The notes beneath the pieces were generated by a model. That model worked only from the letters and a program-made list of their open reading frames with translations. It did not search any database and had not been told where the DNA came from. DNA of 64,000 nucleotides, taken from positions 2,240,001 through 2,304,000 of the forward strand of contig OZ220733.1 in assembly GCA_965116875.1 (NCBI GenBank), written 5' to 3'. The position numbers and the translations under genes are program-made. This DNA comes from Candidatus Latescibacterota bacterium (GTDB lineage: Bacteria > Latescibacterota > UBA2968 > GCA-2709665). Positions 50,601 to 59,628 of the stretch are shown here, piece by piece. Within the stretch, counting starts at the first letter, position 1, and the number at the start of each line of letters is the position of its first letter.

Positions 50601-51113
50601 CCCGAGGGAGCGGAAGTGAAACTCGGCGGGCTGATCTCCGAAACCAGGTCGCATACCGACCGAAACGGACGGCCGATGGCGTTTGGCACCATCGAGGATC
50701 TGGACGGCGCCCTGGACCTGGTTGTGTTTCCCGATACGTTCGAAAAGGTCAGGACTTCGTTTGTGACGGACGCAATGGTGGTAATCCAGGGCAGGCTCTC
50801 CGGACGCAACGGTCGACAATCGCTGCAAGTGGAGAAGATCCTGTCCATGGAGAACGCGAGGGAGACGCTTGCGGACGCGCTGAATGTCAAGCTTCCATCC
50901 GAGATGCTGGAATTGGAGACACTTGAACACCTGAAAGAGCTGCTCGAAGGTCACCGCGGCGAATGTACGGTCTATCTTCACCTTGAACTGGGCGTTGGAA
51001 AAACGAAGGTCATTCGTTCCCGGAGGCTGACCGTAAACCCCTCTGAAGCGCTGATCTCGGAAATCGGCGCATTCCTGGGCGAACGGCGCGCCTGGGTGTC
51101 TCAGAAATCCTGA
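47679..51113 (+). CDS. dnaE: DNA polymerase III alpha subunit
   Basis: FVHLHSHSMYSLLDG, GPGRGS, FERFLNPER, PDIDIDF and KMDFLGL motifs. Confidence 0.97.
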   Translation: MAEFVHLHSHSMYSLLDGACKIDSLAARAAEWGMPAAAITDHGNLFGAVDFYRAMKKAGVKPIIGCEVYCAIESRFDKKPSRGVPSGSNHLVLLAKNTRGYYNLVKLVSAGYMEGFYYHPRIDKELLREHAEGLVCLSGCLSGEVPHLIEREGVKVAMSAVEEYLDIFGEDYYLEIQRHGIDREPRINDGLIRIHGETGVPLVATNDSHFLGADDHEAHAVLVALQTGKTLNDPGRMCYPEDVYFKSVSEMQALFSDLPQALEQTLEIAEKVNIELAFGDYLAPEFPLPAEFQSADDYLKHLARRGLQDRFDLISQNLRDRLEFELDLIVSKGLAGYFLIVWDYVNYAKGQGISVGPGRGSCAGSLAAYSLRITDLDPIKHNLLFERFLNPERVSLPDIDIDFSDKKRDQVIRYVSEKYGERNVCQIITFGTLKAKAAIRDVGRVLDMSFGEVDRIAKLVPNDLKMTLDKAIQQVPELKQMADGDGNEAQLIRHARALEGLARHASVHAAAVIIAPDNLTNFVPLYKAPKDGKVTTQFDGPTCEDIGLLKMDFLGLKELSLADETVDLIKAKEPAFDLTKIPEDDEKTLDLFGRGETVGVFQFESPGMREYLVQLKPDCIEDIIAMNALYRPGPMQYIPNFVARKHGKEGVVYDHPKMEPILKDTYGIMVYQEQVMQIVQVLAGFSLGQADILRDAMGKKKPEEMARQKDAFIDGCKTHGVNTKLARKIFADIEVFAGYAFPKAHAAAYAVVAYRNAYLKANYPQEYMAASLNGEIGNIERMVVVIEECRKMKLEVLPPDVNTSYVDFVASETAILMGMAAVRNVGRGAVEAIVSARKTGGAFSSLFEFCERVDLRAVNRRAIESLIRAGAMDHLDGHRAQLLQGLDRALDAGQFAQAARQRRQTSLFDMEALADQSAVINNHVLPEEPEWTERERLAHEKEMLGFYLSGHPLERYRVDLAALGVRSSQDLDALPEGAEVKLGGLISETRSHTDRNGRPMAFGTIEDLDGALDLVVFPDTFEKVRTSFVTDAMVVIQGRLSGRNGRQSLQVEKILSMENARETLADALNVKLPSEMLELETLEHLKELLEGHRGECTVYLHLELGVGKTKVIRSRRLTVNPSEALISEIGAFLGERRAWVSQKS

Positions 51114-51154
51114 ATCCGCCATCTCCGGCGTGCAGGGGCGCGTCCGGTAGAGAA

Positions 51155-51188
51155 ACGCAAAAGGCGACCTTACGGTCGCCTTTTGCGT
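51155..51188. terminator. Bidirectional intrinsic terminator between dnaE and rodA
   Basis: Perfect hairpin acgcaaaaggcgacc-ttac-ggtcgccttttgcgt. Confidence 0.85.
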
Positions 51189-51213
51189 GAGGATTATGCC
51201 TGCAATGCGTATG

Positions 51214-52434
51214 CTAATAGTACTCGTGCCGGTAGGCATAAAAGTTCAGCAGCAGACCCGCAAGTATCAGATTGACCACGAGTTGTGATCCACCGTAGCT
51301 GAAATACGGCAGGGGGAGGCCGGTAACCGGTACCACGCCGACGGTCATCCCTATATTGACAAAAACGTGAAAGGTCAGCATGGCAGCCAGACCGATGGCC
51401 ACAAGACTTGAAAACCGGCTCTTCACAAGACCTGCAATATGTATGGCGCGCCAGATGATCAGAAAGAACAACGCGAGTACCAGAATTGCACCCACGAAGC
51501 CGAATTCCTCTCCGATTACGGAAAACACGAAATCGGTATGCTGTTCCGGAAGGAAGGAGAGTTTGGTCTGCGTGCCCTGCAAGTACCCTTTCCCGTTCAG
51601 ACCTCCCGAGCCAATTGCCACCTTGGATTGCATGACCTGGTAGCCCGCGCCGAGTTTGTCCATGTCCGGATTCAAGAACGTGAGAATCCGCCGGCGCTGG
51701 TAGTCGTGCAGCTTGTTTTCCCAAAGATACGGCGCGCCAACCGCGACCGCGAGATTGACCACGACAATCGCGGCAGTCATCAATCGCCCGGGTCGGACCA
51801 GAAAAATGACCGCGGCAATCATCAGCACCAGGACAACAAGCGCTACGTAGTGGAAGGCGCAGATCACACTCAAAAAGGGTGAAATCAGGAAAAACAGGAC
51901 AACGGGTCTCATCCCGGCCCAGTAAAACATCGGCAGAAGTACCGAGATGAAAACAAGCGCGGTGCCCAGATCGGGCTGTCTGAATACAAGAACCGCCGGA
52001 AGCAAGACCAGAAGGAACGGTGTGAACAGCGAGCGAGGCCGGTCCAGATCCAGGTTGCGCGTGGAGAGGTATCTCGCCAGCGCAAGTATGGTTGCGATTT
52101 TGGCCAGTTCCGACGGTTGCATATAAAAGGGGCCCAGATCGAACCAGCGACTCTCTCCGAACAGCAGAACCAGCACCAGTAGGCAGACTGAGACGCCGTA
52201 AAGGATATACGCGAATGCATAATAATATCTGGGTGGGACGAACAGGGTAAGCAGGACCGCAGCCGCGGCAAGCGCGCTCCAGATGATCTGCCTCTCGTAG
52301 ATGCTGCCCGCGGCGCCGTACTCCCAGTTGTAGGTAGCGCTGTAGATCGCACCAATTCCGAACAGCGTGGCAAGAATCACCGAAAGCAGCAGCGGAAAGT
52401 CGAATTCCTGCTTGAGCGTGCGTGACAAGATCAC
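51214..52434 (-). CDS. rodA: Rod shape-determining SEDS glycosyltransferase RodA
   Basis: QPSELAK, QPDLGT, AIGSGG, LPEQHTDF and PVTGLPLP.FSYGGS motifs. Confidence 0.95.
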   Translation of the reverse strand: MILSRTLKQEFDFPLLLSVILATLFGIGAIYSATYNWEYGAAGSIYERQIIWSALAAAAVLLTLFVPPRYYYAFAYILYGVSVCLLVLVLLFGESRWFDLGPFYMQPSELAKIATILALARYLSTRNLDLDRPRSLFTPFLLVLLPAVLVFRQPDLGTALVFISVLLPMFYWAGMRPVVLFFLISPFLSVICAFHYVALVVLVLMIAAVIFLVRPGRLMTAAIVVVNLAVAVGAPYLWENKLHDYQRRRILTFLNPDMDKLGAGYQVMQSKVAIGSGGLNGKGYLQGTQTKLSFLPEQHTDFVFSVIGEEFGFVGAILVLALFFLIIWRAIHIAGLVKSRFSSLVAIGLAAMLTFHVFVNIGMTVGVVPVTGLPLPYFSYGGSQLVVNLILAGLLLNFYAYRHEYY

Positions 52435-52502
52435 GTGAAGATTCCTGCGAGACGGATGTTGGGAAAGGGAGATCGGGGCCCGGATGTTCCGCCGGACCCT
52501 GT

Positions 52503-54395
52503 CTATCGCAAGACGACTGCCGGCGCTGAATTGCCCGATTGCGCGGACTCGGCGTCCTTCGCTTCCGCGGGGGGCTCGGCATCGACGTGCGAAGCCACAA
52601 TGACGTCCGCTTTCTCCTTCGGTTGCGCCAGGTCGAAATACGCTTCCAGGACCCGCCCCGCGATGGGCGCCGCAACCGCGCCGCCGTGGCCCGCGTTTTC
52701 GACCACGACCGCGACGACGATTTCAGGGTAATGTGCGGGCGCAAGTGCGGTGAACCAGGCATGATCTTCGCCGTGGGGATTCTGCGCCGTGCCTGTCTTG
52801 CCAGCCACACGCACGCCTTCCACCCTGGCGCGTTTTCCAGTGCCGTACGGGTCCTCGACGACGTCCAGCATGATGCTTCGTACGGTCTTCAGGGTCTGTG
52901 CGGAAATCTGGACCGGCGTGGACTCGGGCTTCGTTTCCATAAGGATATGGGGCCGGGGTAGTTTTCCAACGGCCAGTACACTGATGTAACGGGCGATCTG
53001 GACGGGCGTTACAGACGTCTCACCCTGTCCTATGGTCAGATTCAGCATATACCCCTCCGCCCAGTGTCCGTAGCGTTCCTTATAATACGAACGGTCGGTC
53101 ACCAGACCTGCCGCTTCGCCGTCGCCTCCGCCGGCGATGTCGATCCCGGTCGGTTGACCGAATCCGAGCATTCTGGTGTAGCGACTCCAGTTGGCAATGC
53201 CCACCTTGCGACCCAACTGGTAGAAGTAGACGTCGCAGGACCGGACGAGCGCTCCTCGCAGCGACAACCGACCGCACCCCGTGGCATTGTGGCAGCGGAA
53301 AACCCTGTCTCCGAACTTCATTCTGCCACGGCACGGGCGGAAACGCGCCGTTTCCGAGTCGATCAGGCCCATTTCGAGGCCGGCGATCGCCGGAATCATC
53401 TTGAATACCGACGCAGGCGGGTATTCACCCCTTATGCTCCGGTTCAGAAGCGGATTTGACGTGTCGGCCTGCAGGTTCCGCCATTGGCGCAAGTTCCGGA
53501 TGGACCGCGGATGAAACCCGGGTTTGCTGACCATGGCAAGGATCTCCCCGTTGTTCGGATCCATTGCCACCAGGCTGCCTCTCAGCGAATCGGCAAACGC
53601 CGACTCCGCTGCCTGCTGCAATCGCCAGTCGAGGGTCAGGTGGATGTCGTTGCCACGCACGGGCCGGGCCGTCTTGTCGGGAAAGCTGCCGACCTCTCTG
53701 CCGAAGGCGTCCACTTCGATGAATCTCATGCCCTCCCGGCCCCTCAATTCCGACTCGCACAGGCGCTCAACGCCCCGCTTGCCGATCTGATCGTCCAGCC
53801 GGTAACCCATCTCCCGTTTGCGCTCATAGGTCTCCGCATTCATCAGCCCTACGTACCCGATGATGTGGGGCGCCAGGGGAAGGCCGCCGTTGTAGCTCAG
53901 ATATCCTCTCCGTGATTCGAATTGTATTTCCACGCCCGGCAGATCGTGGCGTTCTTCTTCCACCACGGAAACGACGTTGAATCCGACGTCGCGCAAGATT
54001 CTAACCGGCTCGTGGAAACGACGGTTTCGGTCCGCGAGTCGACGGTTGATGTGCTGTACCGGAAGACCCGCAACCTGACTGAGTCGGTTGACCACGTGCC
54101 CGCGAATCGCCAGATCGGTATTTCGGCGCAGTCGCTGCGGAAGCACGGAGATGGTGTACGAGGGACGATTGTCTACGAGGACCACGCCGTTGCGGTCCCT
54201 GATGAGACCGCGGCCGGCTTCGATAGGCACGACCTGCATTGTGTTCTTCTTGGATTGGATGCGGTAGCGTTCGCTGTCTGTAATCTGCAACCGAAACACT
54301 CCGACGAACAGTATGGCGAACAGTCCGATCACCACCGACATCATCCATCGCGCCCGGGTTTTCCGAAAGCCGTTATCCATAAAGTCGTCGTGCAT
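52503..54395 (-). CDS. mrdA: Penicillin-binding protein 2
   Basis: RGLIRDRNG, SVFK (SxxK), SCDVYFY and KTGTAQ motifs. Confidence 0.95.
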   Translation of the reverse strand: MHDDFMDNGFRKTRARWMMSVVIGLFAILFVGVFRLQITDSERYRIQSKKNTMQVVPIEAGRGLIRDRNGVVLVDNRPSYTISVLPQRLRRNTDLAIRGHVVNRLSQVAGLPVQHINRRLADRNRRFHEPVRILRDVGFNVVSVVEEERHDLPGVEIQFESRRGYLSYNGGLPLAPHIIGYVGLMNAETYERKREMGYRLDDQIGKRGVERLCESELRGREGMRFIEVDAFGREVGSFPDKTARPVRGNDIHLTLDWRLQQAAESAFADSLRGSLVAMDPNNGEILAMVSKPGFHPRSIRNLRQWRNLQADTSNPLLNRSIRGEYPPASVFKMIPAIAGLEMGLIDSETARFRPCRGRMKFGDRVFRCHNATGCGRLSLRGALVRSCDVYFYQLGRKVGIANWSRYTRMLGFGQPTGIDIAGGGDGEAAGLVTDRSYYKERYGHWAEGYMLNLTIGQGETSVTPVQIARYISVLAVGKLPRPHILMETKPESTPVQISAQTLKTVRSIMLDVVEDPYGTGKRARVEGVRVAGKTGTAQNPHGEDHAWFTALAPAHYPEIVVAVVVENAGHGGAVAAPIAGRVLEAYFDLAQPKEKADVIVASHVDAEPPAEAKDAESAQSGNSAPAVVLR

Positions 54396-54882
54396 CGAGG
54401 TAAATCCCCTTGTTGAAACGAATGGACAATACCAGCGAAATGGCGACTCCAACGACTGCGGTGTATAATGCCGTCCCGAATCCGAACCTGAAAATCAACC
54501 ACGGTATCGCATCCGGATTCGAGAGAATATTGGCAAACAGAAAGTATATCAGGTCGTGCAGAACGACTGCTACGAACAGCAGCAGAGCCTGTACCCGGAG
54601 ATCTTCGAAACTGACGCCCGTCCGAAAGTGTCCGATGGAAAACCCGACCACGCTGTTGGCGAGCGCATTGACTCCCATCGTCTCGGGGCTGTAGACATCC
54701 AGCAGAAACCCGGATGCGAATCCGTAAAGGGTGCCTTCAATCCGTCCGCCGCGTAAGCCCAGGTAAACCAGTACGATGATCACAAGGTCCGGGCCGACGT
54801 CCAGAATTCGGACCGAATGCGCCCAGGAAGTCTGAATCAGCAGCGCCAGGGCGATGAGCAGAAGGTTTCGAACAACTCTCAC
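54373..54882 (-). CDS. mreD: Rod shape-determining protein MreD
   Basis: Hydrophobic protein with PDL and GF.SG.LLD motifs, directly upstream of mrdA. Confidence 0.88.
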   Translation of the reverse strand: MRVVRNLLLIALALLIQTSWAHSVRILDVGPDLVIIVLVYLGLRGGRIEGTLYGFASGFLLDVYSPETMGVNALANSVVGFSIGHFRTGVSFEDLRVQALLLFVAVVLHDLIYFLFANILSNPDAIPWLIFRFGFGTALYTAVVGVAISLVLSIRFNKGIYLDARRLYG

Positions 54883-54924
54883 AGGCGACGGATGGGGCGT
54901 GGGCGTATCCTCCTCCTGGTTGAC

Positions 54925-56811
54925 TCAGTCCACCGTCCGGAACCCGGACGGGCGAATCAGAAGCCGGGCGCCCACCCTCAGGCTTGCGGGTTTCCGTATA
55001 CGGTTCCATTTCTTAAGGTCGTTGACGCGGATACGGAAACTGCGGGCAATGTCCCAGAGCGTATCCCCCCGCCGTACAATATAGAATTCGCCGTGACGCC
55101 CTGCAGGATCGGCCAGGGCGACGTGAGAAGCCTCAGGCCTCCAGATGATCAGCCGGTCTCCGGGCGTAATGTGTTTCCTGATGTGGTTCCACGACCGGAT
55201 CTGGTTTGGGGTGACCCCATACCTGCGTCCGATTTCCCACAGGGTGTCCCCCTTCCTGACACGGTGCGCGACTTTCCCGTGGGTGTCCGGATCGGGCGTC
55301 GCTTTCGCGCGCGCAAGTTTTCTCGTCGTACGACCGGATTCGCCAGTCGGAAAGATCGGGATCTTCAGCACGGTGCCCACGCGTATGCGCCTGGGATTTT
55401 TAATGTTGTTCGCATCGAGCACGACACTGACGGGAACTCTCATCTGCCGCGCGATGGCGGAAATCGTATCTCCGTAACGCATCCGGTACTCGACGATCTG
55501 CTTTTTCCGGCTGGCCGGCAGTCGGGCATAATTGGCTTTGAACCTCTCGGCTGTACCGGCCGGTATTTTGAGTTTGTAGGGCCCGCGCGACGACGGCGCC
55601 GTGTAACCCAGCCGAAGTTCCGGATTGAGGTTGCGCATGCGTGCGTACGTTGTCCCCGCGCATTCGGCGGCCACCCGGAGGCTGACCCATTCCGATACCG
55701 GTACCATGTCGAATTTCGTCGGCGCCTGATAGGCCACGTCGTGAAAACCGAACCACTCCGGATCCCTGGAGATGATCAGAGCCGCCATAAACCTCGGTAC
55801 GTGTCGTCGGGTTTCCCGCGGAAGGCCCTTCAACTTCCAGAAATCACTCGTACCCGAACGCTCGATGATGCGTTGAAGCCGACCCTGCCCGCAGTTATAC
55901 GCGGCTATGACGAGACGCCAGTCGCCAAACAACCCGTAAAGATGCTTGATATGCCTGATGGCCGCGCGCGTGGACTTTTCGGGGTCGCGGCGTTCATCGA
56001 TACCGCTGGTGTTCCTGAGACCATAAAGCCGCGCCGTGCCTCCCACGAACTGCCAGATTCCCACCGCCCTGGCCCGAGAATAGGCCCTCGGGTTGAAGCC
56101 GCTTTCAATCATTGCCTTGTAGACAAGGTCCTCGGGCAGACCCGCTTCACGCAGGGCATTGCGAATCATCGGGACATAAAGAGGCGATCGTGAAAGCCAG
56201 GCCTTGAATGCCTTCCGGGCGGTTGTCCGGAAATAACGGATCGTCTTGACCACCTCGGAGTTGTAGTCGACCGGAACGTCGGCGGAACCTGCCAGTTTTC
56301 GCACATAGAGATCTTTGTAGTTGACGTCATCACGCAAGTGCGGGACGAGGCTGTCGGGAATCGCGTCGAGCAGCCTCGCCAATACGGAATTCGGCGGCAC
56401 GAGCGCGGACGGAGGGAGCATTTCCCGATAGCGCTCGAACGTCGCGCTGAGCAATTCGAGATGGCGCGCCGGCGGAAGGGACCGGGTGACCGCGGAATCG
56501 GTGAGCAGAATGCTTATGCGTTCCACGGACATCGCAGAACTGTTCTGCCGGACCTCGTTGAGTGTCTCCAGGGCTCGCCGAATTCGTTCGTGTCTTTCCC
56601 GACGAGGCCGATCCGTCCCGACTGTCGAGGAATCCGCGACGGTCACCGGGGGCCGGACCGCTTTCGGCGGCGTTTCCGCATCGGGAAACGTCGCAACCTG
56701 CTTCGTGGTGGAACACCCCGAAAGCAGCAACGTCACAAGAAGGCTGCAATACGCGACGCCACGGTTCAGCGGACTGACACTCATCTGCAGATTCTGGAAA
56801 AGTCGATCCAT
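54925..56811 (-). CDS. mltD: Membrane-bound lytic transglycosylase with LysM domains
   Basis: Lipobox LLSGC, AMIESGF, GIWQF, AAYNCG and three GDT LysM repeats. Start codon uncertain. Confidence 0.88.
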   Translation of the reverse strand: MDRLFQNLQMSVSPLNRGVAYCSLLVTLLLSGCSTTKQVATFPDAETPPKAVRPPVTVADSSTVGTDRPRRERHERIRRALETLNEVRQNSSAMSVERISILLTDSAVTRSLPPARHLELLSATFERYREMLPPSALVPPNSVLARLLDAIPDSLVPHLRDDVNYKDLYVRKLAGSADVPVDYNSEVVKTIRYFRTTARKAFKAWLSRSPLYVPMIRNALREAGLPEDLVYKAMIESGFNPRAYSRARAVGIWQFVGGTARLYGLRNTSGIDERRDPEKSTRAAIRHIKHLYGLFGDWRLVIAAYNCGQGRLQRIIERSGTSDFWKLKGLPRETRRHVPRFMAALIISRDPEWFGFHDVAYQAPTKFDMVPVSEWVSLRVAAECAGTTYARMRNLNPELRLGYTAPSSRGPYKLKIPAGTAERFKANYARLPASRKKQIVEYRMRYGDTISAIARQMRVPVSVVLDANNIKNPRRIRVGTVLKIPIFPTGESGRTTRKLARAKATPDPDTHGKVAHRVRKGDTLWEIGRRYGVTPNQIRSWNHIRKHITPGDRLIIWRPEASHVALADPAGRHGEFYIVRRGDTLWDIARSFRIRVNDLKKWNRIRKPASLRVGARLLIRPSGFRTVD

Positions 56812-56924
56812 AAACACGGCCACCGGAGACTCCGATGAACGGGTAACGGACCGGTCGCGCAAAGCAGGCCTGCATTTGCGGCGGCCACGGCAACATGACC
56901 GCTCGCGGTCATTCCCGTACGCGT

Positions 56925-57707
56925 TCAGTTGTCGGTTGTCTGAGCTGTGGATACTTCAATCTGTGTACGGACCACGAAGGGTGTCTCGTATCCGTACGTC
57001 TGCAGCCTTTCCATGAGCCTTTCCGCGGCTTCCCGCGTTCGGAAATTTCCAATCCGTACCTTGAAGTACGGGGGCTCCGATTCTATGTAGACGTCGTCCT
57101 GTCCCAGAGTGCCACGGACATTTTCCATCTCGCCTTCGGCGGCTGCCCTGTTCGATGCAGCGAATATTTGAACGCGGAATCCGGCTACCGGTTCCGGTCC
57201 GTAAACCGCGGCGCGAGGGATTTCGATTCTGGTACGTACGATGAATGCTTCCTGGTACCCCTGGCCCTTGGCAAGGTGACGCAGGGCTTCAACCTCCGTC
57301 GCGGTTCGTCCGTTTCCCGCGTGAATCTTGTGCAGGCCAGTGTCCGGGTCACGGTAGACGTAAACCGTGACGCCCAGTTTCGCCTCCGCTTCGTTCCTGA
57401 CGACCCGGGCCCGCTCAGCACTCGACACAACCGCGACCTGCACGCGGAATCCGTCCACGTGAACGTAGGAAGCCGCCGGCGCGCCGGTTTGATCGACGCG
57501 GGTTGTCTCCGCCCCGGCGGGCGGTTTCAGCAGGAAGTCATCGTCGTTCAGGCCCTGCGGATCGAAATCCTCTGTAATGACCGCTGCAGGGGGAGCGATT
57601 CTCCGGCCGGGCGCCGCGCATGCCGCATTCAACGCCAGCAGACCGCCCAGGAGAAGAACTCCGTATCGTCGTGTGATCGAACAGGACACGGCCAGCCGTC
57701 CCAACAT
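56925..57707 (-). CDS. SPOR domain lipoprotein (two SPOR domains)
   Basis: Two GFRVQ...(Y/H)K...GN modules; LNAAC lipobox-like sequence. Confidence 0.82.
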   Translation of the reverse strand: MLGRLAVSCSITRRYGVLLLGGLLALNAACAAPGRRIAPPAAVITEDFDPQGLNDDDFLLKPPAGAETTRVDQTGAPAASYVHVDGFRVQVAVVSSAERARVVRNEAEAKLGVTVYVYRDPDTGLHKIHAGNGRTATEVEALRHLAKGQGYQEAFIVRTRIEIPRAAVYGPEPVAGFRVQIFAASNRAAAEGEMENVRGTLGQDDVYIESEPPYFKVRIGNFRTREAAERLMERLQTYGYETPFVVRTQIEVSTAQTTDN

Positions 57708-57737
57708 CTTGTGATCTTGAAAAGTGTACTACACCAT

Positions 57738-57766
57738 ATATTACGGCACAAAGTTGACTTTGTCAA
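57738..57766 (-). promoter_or_regulatory. Sigma70 promoter of the SPOR-mltD-mreD-mrdA-rodA operon, overlapped by a palindrome
   Basis: TTGACA-17 nt-TAATAT on the minus strand; inverted repeat acaaagt-tg-actttgt at 57748-57763. Confidence 0.65.
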
Positions 57767-57958
57767 TAGATTGAGGTTCGTTATTTACGGAAAATAAGGT
57801 ATTTAGACTACTTTTTCGCATTTGACTGAGGACATGGTCCCGCTATCTGCCCCGTGTACCGGAAATCGGCTTCTTTGAACGGCCCGACCCTTTCCCTGAA
57901 GGGCCGGATTACCGGACGGAGACTCCCGTGGAAAACCACGAATACGTACAGTTGTTAA

Positions 57959-58966
57959 TCACGCTGGCAGCGCCAGGATGAGGACCCACATGGATTGTTT
58001 CCCCACGGTATAAATCCTTAATGGACACAGCCGGCCGCTTTTTTCGTCAATCCGGTAAGACGCCAGTTTTCCGGAATCCTGGCCCCCGGCAAAGAGAAAA
58101 CGACCCGTGGGGTCGATCCCGAATGCCCTGGGTACGGGTTCCGTGGGCTGAATGCCAATTCCCGTGAGCCGGCCGGTACCGTCAACCGAAAAACACGCAA
58201 TGCTGTCATGGCCCCGGTTGGAAACATAGAGAAACCTGCCCGAGGGGTGCATGTGAATCTGGGCGCAGGTGTTTTCGCCCATGAAGCCTTCAGGCAGGGT
58301 GGACTGTGTCTGCACGGGTTCGAGTACGCCTGAGGAGGTGTCGAGTGAATATGCGGTTACGCTGCTGCCCTGTTCATTGGAACCGTAGACCGTATCCAGT
58401 TCAGGATGGAACGCCAGGTGCCGGGGGCCCATGTCGGGTTCGTGGGACGTCCGCGAGACCTCACGCAGCGTGCCCGTGTCCTCGTCGAAACGAAATCCTA
58501 TAATGGTGTTGGATTCTCCCACGTGCGGCAGGAATGCCAGACGATTCGACGGATCCGTAAGAATGAAGTGGGCTTTCTGCAACGTTTTGGATGTGTGGAC
58601 CGGCGAGTCGCTCAGCGTCCCGTCCTGCCTGATGGCGTGCACGTATGCCATCCCACCGCCGTAGGAAGCCGAGAGCAGAAAGCGTCCTTTTCGATCCGTA
58701 CTCAGATAACACGCGTCGGCTTCCACGGAAACCGAGCCCAGAAGGGCAACCCCACCCGTGCCGGCATCGATTGAATAGGCTGAGATCTCGCGAGCGCCGC
58801 GCCTGCTGAGATACAGGTACCCTCGACCCGGATCGACCGCAAGCGGCCCGGGCGCGCCTTCGGCTGGGATGCTGTATTCGAAATCGAGATCGCCGGTACC
58901 GGGATCCATCCGGTACTTCAAAATCCTGTCTTCGCTGGAAACGGTAATGTACGCGTGGTAGTTCAT
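57959..58966 (-). CDS. pgl: 6-phosphogluconolactonase / lactonase family beta-propeller
   Basis: ASYGGG, KAH, GPRHLAFHP, YVSNRGHDSI and PRAF motifs. Confidence 0.88.
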   Translation of the reverse strand: MNYHAYITVSSEDRILKYRMDPGTGDLDFEYSIPAEGAPGPLAVDPGRGYLYLSRRGAREISAYSIDAGTGGVALLGSVSVEADACYLSTDRKGRFLLSASYGGGMAYVHAIRQDGTLSDSPVHTSKTLQKAHFILTDPSNRLAFLPHVGESNTIIGFRFDEDTGTLREVSRTSHEPDMGPRHLAFHPELDTVYGSNEQGSSVTAYSLDTSSGVLEPVQTQSTLPEGFMGENTCAQIHMHPSGRFLYVSNRGHDSIACFSVDGTGRLTGIGIQPTEPVPRAFGIDPTGRFLFAGGQDSGKLASYRIDEKSGRLCPLRIYTVGKQSMWVLILALPA

Positions 58967-59482
58967 CGACTCTCCGTTCAACGACGGGCATCCAATGTGG
59001 TTCTGTTTTCCTTTGCAGAACACGAGACCGGCGGGATGACCATGGCTCCAGTCTGTCGCCAGCGAGGTGTATTAATCTGGTTTCGCAACATTATAATTTG
59101 CCTGCATCATGCGCGCAAGTGTTTTCTGTATCGGTATTTAGAGCGAATTCGGGGAGGTCTCGACCGTGTCAGGACATCGCGCACAGACATGTTTCAAGGC
59201 GGGTTCGCAGACCACCGCGGATCGGATTTTTACGATCGGAAGGACGTACGGGATTCCCACTTCAGGGCCGGATTTGTCTTGACCCTGCTTTCGCCACGAT
59301 GTATATTTCAACGTGTTCCCAACCGACCGGTTCGAATTCTCGAAACAACCGTGAGCGTATTTATAAGTCTTTGAAAATAAATAACATGAAATTGTCACTC
59401 CGTGCCTTCAGGGAAAGACCGAAGTGCCCTGGAGGCTGAACATACGGCGGCCTTTCGGAGGCCAGGCCCGGTTGACGGCTAT

Positions 59483-59523
59483 CGCCCGTTGTCGAGGTTA
59501 TCTCGACAGCGGGCGTTTTGTTT
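59483..59523 (+). terminator. Leader terminator/attenuator upstream of the ABC operon
   Basis: cgcccgttgtcgag-gttat-ctcgacagcgggcg-ttttgttt, ending 45 nt before the ATG at 59569. Confidence 0.65.
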
Positions 59524-59568
59524 GCCTGACGCAGCCGCGCACAAAACTCGAATGAAAGGAGAACGGCA

Positions 59569-59628
59569 ATGCCACACATCCTCGTTGATCGTCTGGTGAA
59601 AACCTTTCGCGTAGCTGAACGCAAACCT
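59569..59628 (+). pseudogene. 5' stub of an ABC transporter ATPase
   Basis: AAGGAGA RBS plus MPHILVDRLVKTFRVAERK, a typical ATPase N terminus. No Walker A follows. Confidence 0.65.

Noticed and set aside
2737-56193. Long antisense or alternative-frame ORFs (e.g. 2737-3834, 10041-11336, 45954-47264, 51194-52810, 54817-56193)
   Set aside because: Shadow ORFs of well-supported genes, expected from high-GC codon bias; no motifs.
57890-59417. 13-bp inverted match (ctttccctgaagg / ccttcagggaaag) flanking pgl
   Set aside because: Short, does not extend, has no target duplication, and each half belongs to its own local hairpin.
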